Assembly (NCBI GenBank): GCA_003971905.1
Contig: RSEE01000070.1
Coordinates: forward strand, 248,001-312,000
Direction: 5' to 3'
Origin: Moniliella sp. 'wahieum'
Taxonomy: Eukaryota
Length of the DNA: 64,000 nucleotides
Shown: in pieces, positions 12,454-24,453 of the stretch
Layout: every line of letters begins with the position of its first letter
How positions within the stretch are numbered: the first letter of the stretch is position 1
Notes under the pieces: generated by a model
The model's input: the letters and a program-made list of their open reading frames with translations, nothing else
Told to the model about the DNA's origin: nothing
The model's database searches: none
Program-made: the position numbers and the translations under genes

Positions 12454-13899
12454 CCGAGCTCTGAAACGTATCTTCCCTCTCCTCCAACACATGCCTGTCA
12501 TACCCCTCCCATCACCCATCACATTTCCCTCCTCTCCCCCCACTCGCGCACGCGGCCGTTGCTTGTTCTAGCGTCTGGGTGCCCCCCCTCCCGTCCCTTG
12601 GGTCTTCATGGTCTTTTTTTTCTTTGTTTCTTTTTTCCCTGGAGGGTGGTCCCCCTGCGTTACGGGAACGCGAACGCGAACGCGATGCGGCCCGCTGGGT
12701 GCTGGGTGCTGGGTACTGGGTTCTGTGCTTCCCTTTTTCCTCATTGCCTTGCTTCCTTACGCCCTTGCACCTACCTTGCACCTTGCACCTCACATTCTTC
12801 TACTCTTGCACCTTACCCCCTTGCTCCCTCTTGCCCTTTGCACTCTATAGCGCTTTTGCATGCCCTTGCACCATTTTGCCCTTCCTTTTTACATTCGCCA
12901 TTGGATTTCGGAGACTCGGTAATGCCGGTTGGGGACGGCAAGGCGGGGCTGAGCGCCCACGCTGAGCGAGGGGCGAACGGGTGCTCTTGCCCCCATGGCA
13001 CTGTATGACCATGCGACCCATATCACCTTCCCTCCTTGTGTATCGCCTTGCTGGCTAGCCATCCGGTCATCCGGTCCCGGTCATTGCAGGTCATCCATCT
13101 ATCCTCTCCCGTACGAAGGGATCTACTGAGTACGGATGTACTGAGTACTGATGTACAATGTTCTTGTTCCGTCTGTACCGTACATGTGAGATGTGTCGTG
13201 GCAGCTTCTTTCCGTCGTTTCTTTTTTTGTTTATGTTTTTTTTTTTGTTTTGTGCGGAGAGGTTCGTTGGAGTTGGTGTCGTACGATGTGCCTGTGTCAT
13301 GATCATGGGCGTAACAGTTGCACGGACCTGGTCCCGGTTCCTGCCATGCCTCATCTACATGGCTTGAATTGCCACATCATATGGGCCTCAGAATGGCGCA
13401 GCGAGACGATGCGGCTCGTACATTATGGAAGCGAGGCACAGCGGTGTATTCTCTGTATAAAGGGGTAAGTCCCTGCGAAGCACGAAAAGGTCGTGGTGAC
13501 GAACTGGGTAGGGGAGAAGGGGGATGGGAGTGAACGTAATGAGTATATCTTCGTTCATCATTGCATGCATCGTCAGACCCCCCTTATTGTCGTTCTCTGA
13601 CATGTATAAGTATCCAGTCCAACGCGTACTAGGTTCGTACTCATATAACTATGCATTGCTCATCTCCGTCGTGGGTTCTTGGGTCCGACAACACGGGAGA
13701 CTCTCGAGTGTCGCGTCTTCGGTGTGGCTGGAGCAACAATGCGGTTGAGACGCAACTCTGCAATGATATAGAGATGTGTGTTGCTGCGCTTCAAATCTAA
13801 ATTTCTTATCTTACCCCTTTCGACGGTCCTCGTACTAGAACTTTCGGCAAGTATGACTTGTCAGAGCCGCGAAATGGCCCCGCAACCCAACGCCAATCA

Positions 13900-14640
13900 T
13901 TATCATTAACCATCTATCACAGTTTATAAACCCTCTACAGTCCGACCCGGTTGTCGTCGCGTCATTCGGGCCATCAACGCTTCGCCTTCCTTCGCCCTCG
14001 CCCTTTGGTAATGCACGTCTCAGCGTCTCATCAACCTCGTCGATCGTCTCGTTCGCGCCCGAGGGACTCTCTTAGGGCTCGATGCGACGGACCACCGACA
14101 TTTTGGGGAAAGTTTTGAACGTTACCCACCGCGCTAAACTTTGTGAGATAGGGCAACTACTAGGACTATATACTCTCCAGAGGAGAAAGGGCGTACGTAG
14201 AAGTCGTTGAGCGGATTAGGATATCGTCCTGTGTGACGCCCTGGGCGGTGGGGTGGGACTGAGTGGAATACTTGCATATAGGGCGGAACTATGGTATACA
14301 TCGCACAACGACTGAAGAGTAAAAAAAGTCTGAGCAGCTTGTGATGTATCTTGCACTATAATTGGCAGCTCAAAAACTAGCCAGCGACATAGAGTTAGAA
14401 TCGATGAGAGTCGCCTTCCCTCATAACCCAGACCTTCAAAAGCTTTTCAAGAAGCTTCAAGCTTCAAGGGGCCGAGGAGAGTATTATGTGTGACGATAAT
14501 CGATAACGGGACTCAGTACTCACACCAGTACTGAGTATTAGTAGGGAGGTAGTATAAAGAGCTGTATTTCTGGGCGCCGTTACTAGTACTGGGTATAATA
14601 CCATATAGGAACGGAGCCTATTAGTATTAGCGAAGCCTCG
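13900..14640. other. TpA-rich degenerate segment, possible mutated transposon or gene relic
   Basis: Bases 14581-14640 hold 12 TA against 1 CA and 1 TG. A minus-strand frame from ATG at 14101 (MSVVRRIEP*ESPSGANETIDEVDETLRR..) is broken by one TAA. No recognisable domain. Confidence 0.35.
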
Positions 14641-15719
14641 TTTCTGGCCAAAGGCCGGTGCCGAGAAAGACCCCACAAGCAGCGCCTCAGCCCCTTTTTG
14701 TGGTGCAAAATAACGCCTTAATTATGGTGAGATGGTAAGAAGCTAAAGTAGGGACGGGCTCTCAAGTCGTGGGTGCACCACACTCCTTCTGCTGGCCCTC
14801 CTTCCCTTCTTGGCACGCCCTAACACATGGTGGGCGTGTGTGAGACCCTCCTAACCGAGATTATGACGACTTACGCATACTTATACTTACGGGAGGGCTG
14901 TGCCTGATGTATATATGTGTGGTGATGGATGGTGCTATGAAGATACCATCCATACCGTCAAAAGCTGAATGACATATTTGACAACCCCCCCCACACACAG
15001 CCTTCAGTATAAAACGCCGAGCCCCTCGCCACCATCAGGTGTCCATCGGTCTCATGCATCATGATACTGCTCCTGCGTCGCAGACGCCCCGCATCGGCGG
15101 GACTGTGATGTGGCATAGAGACTATGCTCTCAATCTCAAGTGAAATCGATCCCTCCGCCCAACGCGACCTCTGGCGTGTGAATTTTGGAAGAGCCTTCAT
15201 CGACTTCATCTAGCTTCATCCATCACATCGGGGGGTCGAAATGCTGTTTTCGGCTGTTAGATGTGCTGCTGAGGCAGCTCTAGGAGGAAAGGTGAGAGCA
15301 GATGCACAGATGTGGCAGTGGAGGTGGTGGTGCGACAAGTGTCTCGAACACGACGTGAGTCCAACAGGACGAAAGCAGACACGAAAAGACACGTTTGCTG
15401 TCCAGAAGATGTGTGTGCTCGCGCGGCGGGGCGGACTAAGCTCCTAGTTTTTAAAGTGTGGTTGGGTAACGCCACACTGGCGGGATGCCACCAGGGAGGG
15501 GTCGCTGGTCACCAACGCCCACTTATTAGTTTTGGATTCATAGCCTCGGATCGGATCAGGCGGTGACAGGCAGTTTGAGCAGCGCGCAACGTACAATCCA
15601 CCCGACTCCCCACCACCACCACTCGCCCTGCCCGACCCTTTTCTTTCCTCCACATCCACCTCCACATCCACCTCCACCTCTCCGTCTCCCTGCCCCCTCG
15701 CTCGCCCCCCTTAGCTATC

Positions 15720-17654
15720 ATGGCGGCCAGCAAGCGCCGGGACCAGCGGCTCCACCCCGCCTCGCTTGTGCCCCTCTGCCAGCACGACACCGACCTGGTC
15801 AAGTTCGTTGCCCGCCCCATCGCCCCTGATCTCATCGGTAGGTCCTTTCGCTAAGGTTGTTGCAATTACTACAGCTGCTACCTGCCCCTCTCCCATTCCT
15901 CCCTGTGTAGTAGTAGATTTATATATACTGACCACAGCTGTCGCATTTGTCCGACAGAGGACATCGTCTCCGTCGTCCGCAAGCTGCTTGGCGAAGAGGA
16001 GGAGCACCATGCTGCATCCATGTCGTCATTCACCCCCTTCACCCCCTCCCCCAGGTCGACCAATGACGACCTGCCCGGGATTGCCGAGTGGCTCCAATCC
16101 ATCGTTCAGCAATCGGGCGCAGCCACAGCCACCCTGATGGTCGCCCTCGTCTACATTGGGCGAATGAACCTGGCACTCCCCCCAACACCTACTCGCTTGC
16201 TTAGTGTTTGCCATCGAGTCCTTCTTGCTGCTATTGTGGTAGCAGCCAAGATGACTCACGATCGTGCTTTGAAAAACGCCGTATGGGCACGCTACTCGAC
16301 GATTTTTGTTACGCACGATGTCAACTTGATGGAGACACAGTTGCTGCAACTGATTGATTATCAGTTGGTCGTCACCGAATCCCAACTTCTTGCCGTCTCC
16401 GCCCCCTTCATGTACGGCCCTGGGTCTGACAAGGCCAAAGCGTTTTCCCTTCCCATGCGTCGCACCGCTTCCTCCTCCGCCCTCACCCCAGCTGTCTCCT
16501 CTGCCACGTCTCCCATTGCTCATTCGCCTTCCTCTCCCACGTTGAAAAAGACTGGGGCCTTACAGCAACAGCGTACTCAGTCCGACCCCGACTTGCGCTT
16601 TCGAAGCGCTCATGACACCGCTATGGCACGGGCACGAGCACTCATGCACAATCAAGTGTTACCACCCTCTTCGAGCATAATCAAGGAGGAACCAGGACCG
16701 ACATCGGATTTCATCGCCAGAACAGATACGCACGACAGTGAGCCTGACGTGCCACGCAAGCGCGTTTCCTCTCTCTTTTTGTCGGAGGATGCGTTGGTGG
16801 GAGAGACTACTACTACCGCCGCAGCAAGCGATTTTTCGCATACTGGGTCTCATCGATTCTCTAGTGCCCTTACCAGCACGCGGTCCGTACAAACCAACCG
16901 CACATCGGCTCAGTCTAACATGACAACAGGGGCCAATCAGGTCAAATCCGAGCAACCCCCGCAACCCCCTGTTAGTCCGCTTTCTCCCACTCCCAGCTTT
17001 TGGGACGCCTACAGCCACCGCCAAAGTTGCACCACAACCGAGAGTGCAGAAGCGTGTGCGGATCAAGGCTCGCCAGAGACTGCAGCCGTGGTGGCCTCAC
17101 TTGCTTCCTTTCTCCATTTGGATGAGTCAGATCTTCCACAGGTTCACATGCCTGCCACGCCATTGAAGAACAAGGTGCGCACACAGCAGCCCATGCCGGT
17201 GGTCTTCCATCCTTCATCCAACCGGGCCAAACCGGCCCTCAAGTTGGACGGATCCGACGAGCAAACAGAGCTGGGTGCCACTACAGTTACCCTCCGCGAA
17301 AAGCATCCGTCACAGATCACAAACCCCACTGACCTCCCCTCGCCCAAAAGGAACACTACTGGGGAAGTGAATGAGACGCTCAAGAAAGCAAATTCGCATG
17401 GTCCTTCTCCGTGCCGTCCTTCGTGCGAAATGAGCCGCAGCACCACTTCGGTCAGTACGTTGGATTCGGACGTGACGGCGGCGTCAAGCACGTTGTTTGC
17501 AGTTCCGATGATTGGCCGGCGCATCCAACTTGGTCCGGCTCATCCCATTGTGTCCGCATCTCTCTCACGCCAAGCGTCGCTGCCCGAGCTACCACGTAAC
17601 AACCTCTCTCCCCTTCTTGTGGAGCTCAGAAAGACCATACCAACAACCGGTTGA
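15720..17654 (+). CDS. Pho85-type (Pcl1/Pcl2-like) cyclin with long Ser/Thr-rich tail
   Basis: Exon 1 MAASKRRDQRLHPASLVP..LVKFVARPI; intron ~15838-15937. Cyclin box LPGIAEWLQSIVQQS..ATLMVALVYIGRM..CHRVLLAAIVVAAKMTHDRALKNAVWARYSTIF..DVNLMETQLLQLIDYQL. The true end may be 17913 if there is a frameshift. Confidence 0.88.
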
Positions 17655-18923
17655 ACATCGCCCGGCCTCCCCGTGGACGGAACATTCGGGCCGGCCCAAC
17701 AAAACGAAATTGCTACCCACGACACCATCTTCACCTTTCCACCCCTTCCGCCTCCGCCTCCCCGACTCCCACAGCCTACCCTCAAGAACTCCAAGAGTAT
17801 GCCACAGATACGCCCTTTGGCCCAGGAAGCTGTGCCCGGAACGGATCATCGCCGATCTCACTCCAAAGCCTGGCGCTTCGGAGGAGCAAACGAAACCTGA
17901 AAGTCGCCCCTAGTCTTCCCGTACTGCCGTTGTCTTTCCCTCCCCATCCTCCTTCCCAAAAAGCAGGATCAGGAGCACCTGGTCTCTCTCCCCATGGTCC
18001 AGCACCAGTACTTCCCGTGCCTGTTGTTTCGACCGTACCTCCCCACCCGCACACCCATCCTCATGCTGACGCCCCGGGGAAGCGTACTGCCATCACAGCT
18101 ACGCGACAAGGTCATACCAACCCCGAAGAACGGGGTGGGTGGAGTCCGTGCCAAAGCGTCGGCGCTGGGACTGCGAAGTGCAGCGCGGTTGCGCTCCCTC
18201 GTTGGTGTGCGCAACCACCACGACTGATTACTAAAATTGGTAGGAACACAGATGCGGCCTCGCCTCTCGGGTCTCGGGGTGTGGATGTGCCCCCTCATCT
18301 AGCCACGGATCTTTTCCCGCCCATCTGCTTGCTCCTCTTTGCCCTCCCCCCTTCATCCAATCCACTGTCTCTCTGTATTTATCCATTCCACATCCACATG
18401 CAACACCACTGTTGCCCCTATAATTCCCTCTTCGCACCCCCCCCTTCACAAATTCTACCAAAAACGTATAGCTTTGGAGGGTGTGTTCTCGTCCATCACC
18501 TGAAACCTCCTATGGTTCTTTATGCTTTTGGGCTGGTCCTAAACGCATATGGGGAACCGCATAGGGCACATCCGCGCCTCAACTGGGTCACGCAGGGCTT
18601 TCTCTCTCCAGTTTTCCTTTTTTCTTTTCTCTCTCCTTCCCTTGCTCTGGAGGAAAGTGTCGCAATTTGGTGCTTTTTATCATTCTTTGCGGATGAGATG
18701 CGACCCGTCGACATCGCGGGACTCTATCGGTACCGATTATCGTATTAGTTACCACAGTCCAGCTTTGTGTTGTAATCTAAGGTCGCAAGGGATACGAGGG
18801 TTGAGGGTTGCGAGCCGAAGGAGACGGATGTAGGTAGTATTTCCCACTGGCCACAACCAGCCTAGCTTGGCAAAACTTCAACCCAGCTGATTCCACAGAA
18901 TCAAAAGGAATCATGCAAAAAAG

Positions 18924-19008
18924 GGGGTCCGCCCGGGATCGAACCGAGGACCACCTCTACGAGTTGGACTAACCCTAAAGAGGCATGATACCACTACACC
19001 ACGAACCC
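18924..19008 (-). tRNA. tRNA-Pro (AGG) with 13-nt intron
   Basis: GGGTTCG/CGGACCC acceptor stem, CCTCT/AGAGG anticodon stem, loop TT-AGG-G[TTAGTCCAACTCG]T, T-arm CTCGG-TTCGATC-CCGGG, followed by a T6 Pol III terminator. Confidence 0.96.
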
Positions 19009-19508
19009 TCAATATGAGGGTCACCCCATATAAAATCCTAATTGGCGAGTCAGCCCGTGACTCACCTGTACTTGCTACCCTCCGTCGTCAGCTTTTTATG
19101 CGAAACCCCGAACAAAGAGGAAAAATGATATTCAAACCAGGCGAGGCTGGATGCGCGTCAGAAGGCAATGAATTTCGGCGTGGGGCGAGAAAAGGCAAGC
19201 ACAACCCTCGCCTACAGTGCGTGGGGTGTGTTCGTCGGCAGTTAACAGGAGGAGGGGAGGGGAAATAGTACATGGGAAAGGTCATCAGGATAAGGCGCGG
19301 CAGGGAGTAGGAGAAAAAGGAAGCGTCAATCAGCACCTAAAGGGAAATGCTGCGCTCAAAGGATCGGCGCAGAGAAGGGATATGGGGAGGGCACGTAACG
19401 CAGACTGGCGAAATGCAATGGGCTGGGATGCGAGCCAGCTATGCTTAGGTCTGTGTAGATGTGAGGAGAGGAGGAGAGGGAGAGGGAACAAGGAAGACAA
19501 AGGAAGTC

Positions 19509-20476
19509 TTAGGCGGCGGTGATGGAAAACTGCTTGCTAAAGTTTCCGCTGTCGCCCATCAGGACAAATAGGTAGTCCGACCGCGGCTCGACGTCAGAGG
19601 GAAGCGTGACAGTAGCTTTGCCCGCCTTGATGGGGAACTGACCCAAGGACCACTTCTCATGGTACCCCTCGTCGTTCTTTGACGGCGCATAGCCCAAACG
19701 GACTTCGACTTGGGAGTTCTCCAAGGAGGGGGCAATCCATCGGTCGACCAGGTAATCTCGGTTGGGGAGCCCGCTGCAAACGATTCGCCTCCGGTAGGAG
19801 AGGTGACGGTAGGGTTGTACACGATCCGCTTGCCGTTGCTGGGTTTGCCATGCTGTTGTTGCACCACCTTGAACTTGGGACTGGCATTGCCACTGTCGCC
19901 CATGACAATGACAATGTAGTCGTTGCGGGGGCCAGGCTCGCGGGCAAGGTGGCAATCGCGTGGCCACGGCTCAGAGGCACATCTTGTTCTTCTTTCACCA
20001 GGTCCCACTTTTCGTGCAGCCCCCCGGAGCTGCCATCGTCGTAGCCGAGCTTGATGACCACGGGGGCACTGGTATTGAAGTTCTTAGGCGCATCCGAGCT
20101 GTCCCTAAAGAGGAGGGAAGAGAAAGAGAGAAGGGAAGAGAAAGAGAGAAGGGAAGAGAAAGAGAGAAGGGAAGAGAAAAGGGTCAGAGATCGTGGGGGA
20201 TGACCAAAGGTAAAGGAACAGATGCACGTACCACTCGATCACAAAGGGTGCACCCGCAACGAAAGACTGGTTGGCAACAGGCTGGGTGATGCTTGGGTTC
20301 CAAACGATGCGCGGCGCCAGCTCCTCTCGCGCCTCCATCTGCTCGGCCCATGCGCCGCCCGACAAGGCACCCAGTTCACGGGCAACAGAGTTGTCGGCGC
20401 GGGGCAAGACGAGGGCGTAGGTGGCAGAAGCCGAGGCGATGAGGGCGGTGGCGCTAAAGACAGAGGCAAGCTTCAT
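19509..20476 (-). CDS. Secreted protein with two tandem Kre9/Knh1-N-terminal-like (Ig-like) domains
   Basis: Signal peptide MKLASVFSATALIASASA. Repeat 1: IVWNPSITQP..FVAG..IEW..IKLGY..HEKW..LP..PRNDYIVIVMGDSGNASPKF. Repeat 2: IVYNPTVTSP..FAAG..ITW..VRLGY..HEKW..LP..PRSDYLFVLMGDSGNFSKQF. Intron 20231-20105; two frameshifts. Confidence 0.82.
20115..20178. repeat. 18-bp tandem repeat inside an intron (GGGAAGAGAAAGAGAGAA x3.5)
   Basis: Direct reading; it forms the pyrimidine tract of the minus-strand intron. Confidence 0.9.
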
Positions 20477-20895
20477 GGTGGCGAGAAAGGTCGTCAAAGG
20501 AGTAAAGTAAAGAGCAGTGGGAGGATTGGGTTTGACGGGTGGTGGTGGTGTGGAGGGGAGAAGAGGCAATGGGAGAAAAAGTGGGTCGGTAGGGGAGAGG
20601 CAGAAGGGACGAGCTGCAGGCAAGCGTGGGCAACTCTATATAGCTGGGCGGCAGCCCCTTGCAGCACGGGGCAGAAGGGCAGTGAACAGCAGACAGGCGC
20701 CATGGCACATCCCCAAATAGGCAACACCGCCGGCCGTCGCAGGCACACTGGCGCCCCGCTTGCTCAGTATCGCAGCCCTGCGCGTCGGCTGCGTCTCAAC
20801 GCGCATGGCAAGAAGCGCACCGAGGCACAGTGCCACTGTCAGACCGCATCTAGCGAGCAGCGGCGGCGTGGGAGTGTGCTGCAATGGGATGCCAA

Positions 20896-20945
20896 GGGAT
20901 GCCTAATTGGGGATGCCTAATTGGGGATGCCTAATTGGGGATTGG
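20896..20945. repeat. 14-bp tandem repeat (GGGATGCCTAATTG x3)
   Basis: gggatgcctaattggggatgcctaattggggatgcctaattggggattgg. Confidence 0.9.
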
Positions 20946-22889
20946 CAGGGCAGGCGCTCTGGCGCGACGGCAGCAGCCCAGCCGGAGCGAGATGCAGCAT
21001 GGCAGCAGTGTGGGGGCCGTATGCGGGCGATCAGCATGACGACATGCCGATCCAGCAGGGGGGCACTGCTGCTGCTCGCTGGTGTGGGGCAACCAGGGGG
21101 CCACGCACGGGGCTGCCTGGCGCTGTGGAGAGGTGGGCTTGAGGAAGGCAGGCCATGCTCAAGCACAGGCATGCACACATGCCATCGTTGGGAACAGCAA
21201 GCCAGGGCGCAACAAATCAGCGCGCAACACGAAGCTCGCTCGCGGAGCTCCAATGGCGTCGAGACGCTTGGTGAGAAGATGCCCCACTCACCCCTGTTCT
21301 CTGTCGTACACGTGGAGCACACCTCTCTCTTCCGCCTCTATACTCACTCAGCTCCAAGCCTCTCACATCATCTCACTTGCCCCGGCCGACCCAGTCACCC
21401 CCACCTCCAGCCTGGAGCCGGCGATCATGATCGGGCATGATCGGCGAGCCCATAAGCGATCGATGGCATCTCCTGTGCGCTGGTGGGGAATTTGCGGCAG
21501 AAGACGACAAGACAGTCCTGGGCAAGGATACGCACACAGTTGGACCGGGGTTGCACAATCCGTCACACACAGGCTCAGCCATCATGCATGTCATGCACCA
21601 GTATGCACATGAGCGCAAATGAAGCGTGTCTCTTCTTGGCCTTTGCTTGGCTTTTCCTAGGCCGATGTCCAAGTCCGTTGCTTCCAGAGTGGAGGCATGG
21701 ACGCTCCGCGCTCCGTCCCTGTCAGATCAGGGGAAGTCCAAGCCATCAGCATATGGTGTGACATGTGAGCACTGAGGTACTGAGGAGCGACTCCTTTCTC
21801 AGATCTCAAACCTCCTCTTCATCGCTTCATCTCGCGGTCAAAACGGTGATTGTATAACACTCTCGTAGTCATCAGTATACTCAGCCTCAGCACCCACAGC
21901 TCTCACACCGTGACGTAGGCGGCCAAAGGGAGCCAATGGCGAGGACAATCGAGAGCACTCAGGAAGATCCGTCAACAGGAAAGTTGTTGACCACCGCGGT
22001 CGTCCAAAGCCCGTCGGCCTTCAGTGGCAGGTGGCCAGATACACGCAGAGCATTGAGGCAAAGTGAGTCTCGAACCTTCCACAGGCTTCCACTGGCTTCC
22101 GTTTCCGGAACTCCTATCACGGTCCATGGGTCCAGCTCTCCTTAGTAGCTCTGCAATGCTATCTCCATTGTCCAATGTTTGCTAGGCCCGTGGCAAAAAA
22201 AGTCCCCCCCCATCGAGTCCGCGGCTTTATGGCAGAGAGCATTTACTTATTGGAATTACTACCTCTGATACTCCATGGTACTCCGTCTGAGACTCCTGCC
22301 TGGGATTCCTCGTGGGGTAGATCAGGAACTGGGCAGAAGGGGAAAATTACATGCAATCATGGACCAAAACAAACATTCGATTAATTATACCACTCTCCAC
22401 GTGCCTTCGTTATACAAAGAAAAAAGGCCCAATCGTTTGAACTCCGAAGATGCGAGCAAAAAGGGTGCGAGGACGGACTGAACAAGCATAGAAAAAGCCG
22501 CTATGATTGCCGTGGGGCAAAAAAGGTGGTAACAGAGCTTATTGCCTGGTACGGCCTGGTATGTTGCTAGTATGCATGTCCGTGCGCTACGCCGATCTGA
22601 CTGCGCTTTCCGACGACCAATGGCTGGTCTCGGATCTCACACGCCACACGCCACATGTGACATGGGACACGTGACATGCCACAGCGCTTTAGCACGGCTG
22701 CGCCTGCCGCAGCGCCTCAGCGTATTTCCGCGGCATACCGCCTCCGAACGCCGCAAGCAACAGCGAAGGGGCTTATAAATATGAACCCACGCAAACGCCC
22801 CCTATGCTATTCCTCCACCCTCTTGCCTACCAACAACACCCGTAATCGCCAACCTCAACCCCAAGCCCAACTCCAACTCAGCCAACATA

Positions 22890-23338
22890 ATGTACGTTTC
22901 TTTCGCTGCTGCTCTCGCTCTCGCCGGTACCGCCGCCATGGGCATGGCCAATGCCGCACCGGCTTGTCCAAGCGCTACGACGACCGCACCCTCGTCAACT
23001 TCTCTTCGCAGAACGGCACAGCCTTCTGCGAGAAATGGGTGAGCGACTGCCAAACCTACCAGCCGGAGAACCAGGACCTCCGCTACATCGCGTCTTACTG
23101 CAACCCGGGAGACTACCAGGGTAACAACAAGGATACCAGCGCCTTGGTATACTGTTCCTATGGAGTTTACACTTCCGTCCTCCACCACGTACGTCTTCTT
23201 CTCTCGCCTTGTTCTCCCTAGTCCTATGACACTTTGTCGTGGGGGAAAAGCTTCAGTACGGATTCGCTGACCGCGTTGACCGGTACGACCTCTTTTTCAT
23301 TACAGATCGAGGAGGAGACTGGCGCTTGGACCGCGTAA
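22890..23338 (+). CDS. Small secreted cysteine-containing protein (effector-like)
   Basis: TATAAAT at 22774. Signal peptide MYVSFAAALALAGTAAMG. After a frameshift: LSKR|YDDRTLVNFSSQNGTAFCEKWVSDCQTY..SYCNPGDY..VYCSYG. Intron 23189-23305 (GTACGT..GCTGAC..CAG); last exon IEEETGAWTA*. Confidence 0.7.
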
Positions 23339-23958
23339 AAAAACCACTCTCTTCATTTGCGCACGAGTTCTCTACAGAACAGGGGTTTCCTGTATTAGTT
23401 TCCAGCCCGATTTACACCTGGCCGCTCTCCCTATTGACGTCGTGTTCAGTGACCTTTTTTTTTGCGCTACCAAATGTTGGACTTGATCAGATCTCGCAGC
23501 AGTGAGAGTGTGTTGCGTCGGTATACATCTCACAGTCGTTCTGCTACATACATGGGGGTGCTTTGGTGTGTCCAATAAGCTGGAAAGGACATAAGGGGGT
23601 CTTTGCTGTTGCAGTCGATAATGTTTGCCAATGCCTGCATATCCATGCGGAGCACCTCGGATAGTTTGGGGGCAGAGCATGGGCAACAGAAATGAAGAGC
23701 AAAAAATGCCTCTTGGCCGAAAACGACCGATCTTCTCATACCAGCAAGTCGTACTAGTGAGATGCTTTACCACTGAGCCAAAGAGGCTAATTGGTGAGCC
23801 TAGTATCTGAAGAGTGTTCCCTTGGAGCATTACCTAATCCGCATTCTATTGCCGGCTTTTGTCTGCTCATCTTAGCGGTGGTGACGCAGGAGATGAAAGG
23901 CGAAATTGGGACTCGGCCAGGACTATCGTTGTGTCCGCCACCACCCGTAACTTGGACG

Positions 23959-24453
23959 ATGACAACGCTACGTTTCTGCCAGGAGTGCAACAACCTTCTA
24001 TACCCGAGGAGGACCGGACCAACCACGTGCTGCTGTACAGCTGCCGCAATTGCGACTACCGCGAAGAGGCGGCAAACCACCTTGTCTACCGCAACGACCT
24101 CATGTCCATCTCCCAAGAACAACCAGGCCAGATCGAAGGCTTGGTAAAGGACCCCACTCTGGCTCGCATCCAGCAGCACTGCCCATACTGTGGAAACGAA
24201 GAGTGCGTTCCCTCCCTCCCTACCCCCGCCACCCTCTCCGCCGCTCCCTCTCTTGCGCGTGTGTGGGGACGAGAAGCCTAACACATGACCATTGTGCAGA
24301 GCGGTCATGTTCCAGGACCAGTCCAAGCGGATCTACAACCGCATGATCCTCTTCTTCGTTTGCACCCATTGTGAGCGTCTCTACACCGACCCAGGCGTCA
24401 AGCGGCGACCTGGCGCTGCTTCTGCACCAGGAAACGACATGGATACCTTCTGA
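23959..24453 (+). CDS. RPB9: RNA polymerase II subunit Rpb9
   Basis: Reads MTTLRFCQECNNLLYP, LLYSCRNCDYREEA, DPTLAR..CPYCGNEE, intron ~24203-24299, then AVMFQDQ..MILFFVCTHC. One missing C near 24005. Confidence 0.95.

Noticed and set aside
11800..13500. ORFs downstream of CDC25 (e.g. 12331-13008)
   Set aside because: Pyrimidine-rich, microsatellite-laden sequence typical of a long 3' UTR; peptides are repeat-derived.
18969..18978. CTAACCCTAA telomere-like sequence
   Set aside because: It is simply the tRNA-Pro anticodon loop plus intron start read on the opposite strand.
21817..21831. CTTCATCGCTTCATC repeated at 48974-48988, with a variant near 15195
   Set aside because: A single internally repetitive 15-mer match in 64 kb is near chance expectation and the flanks do not align.
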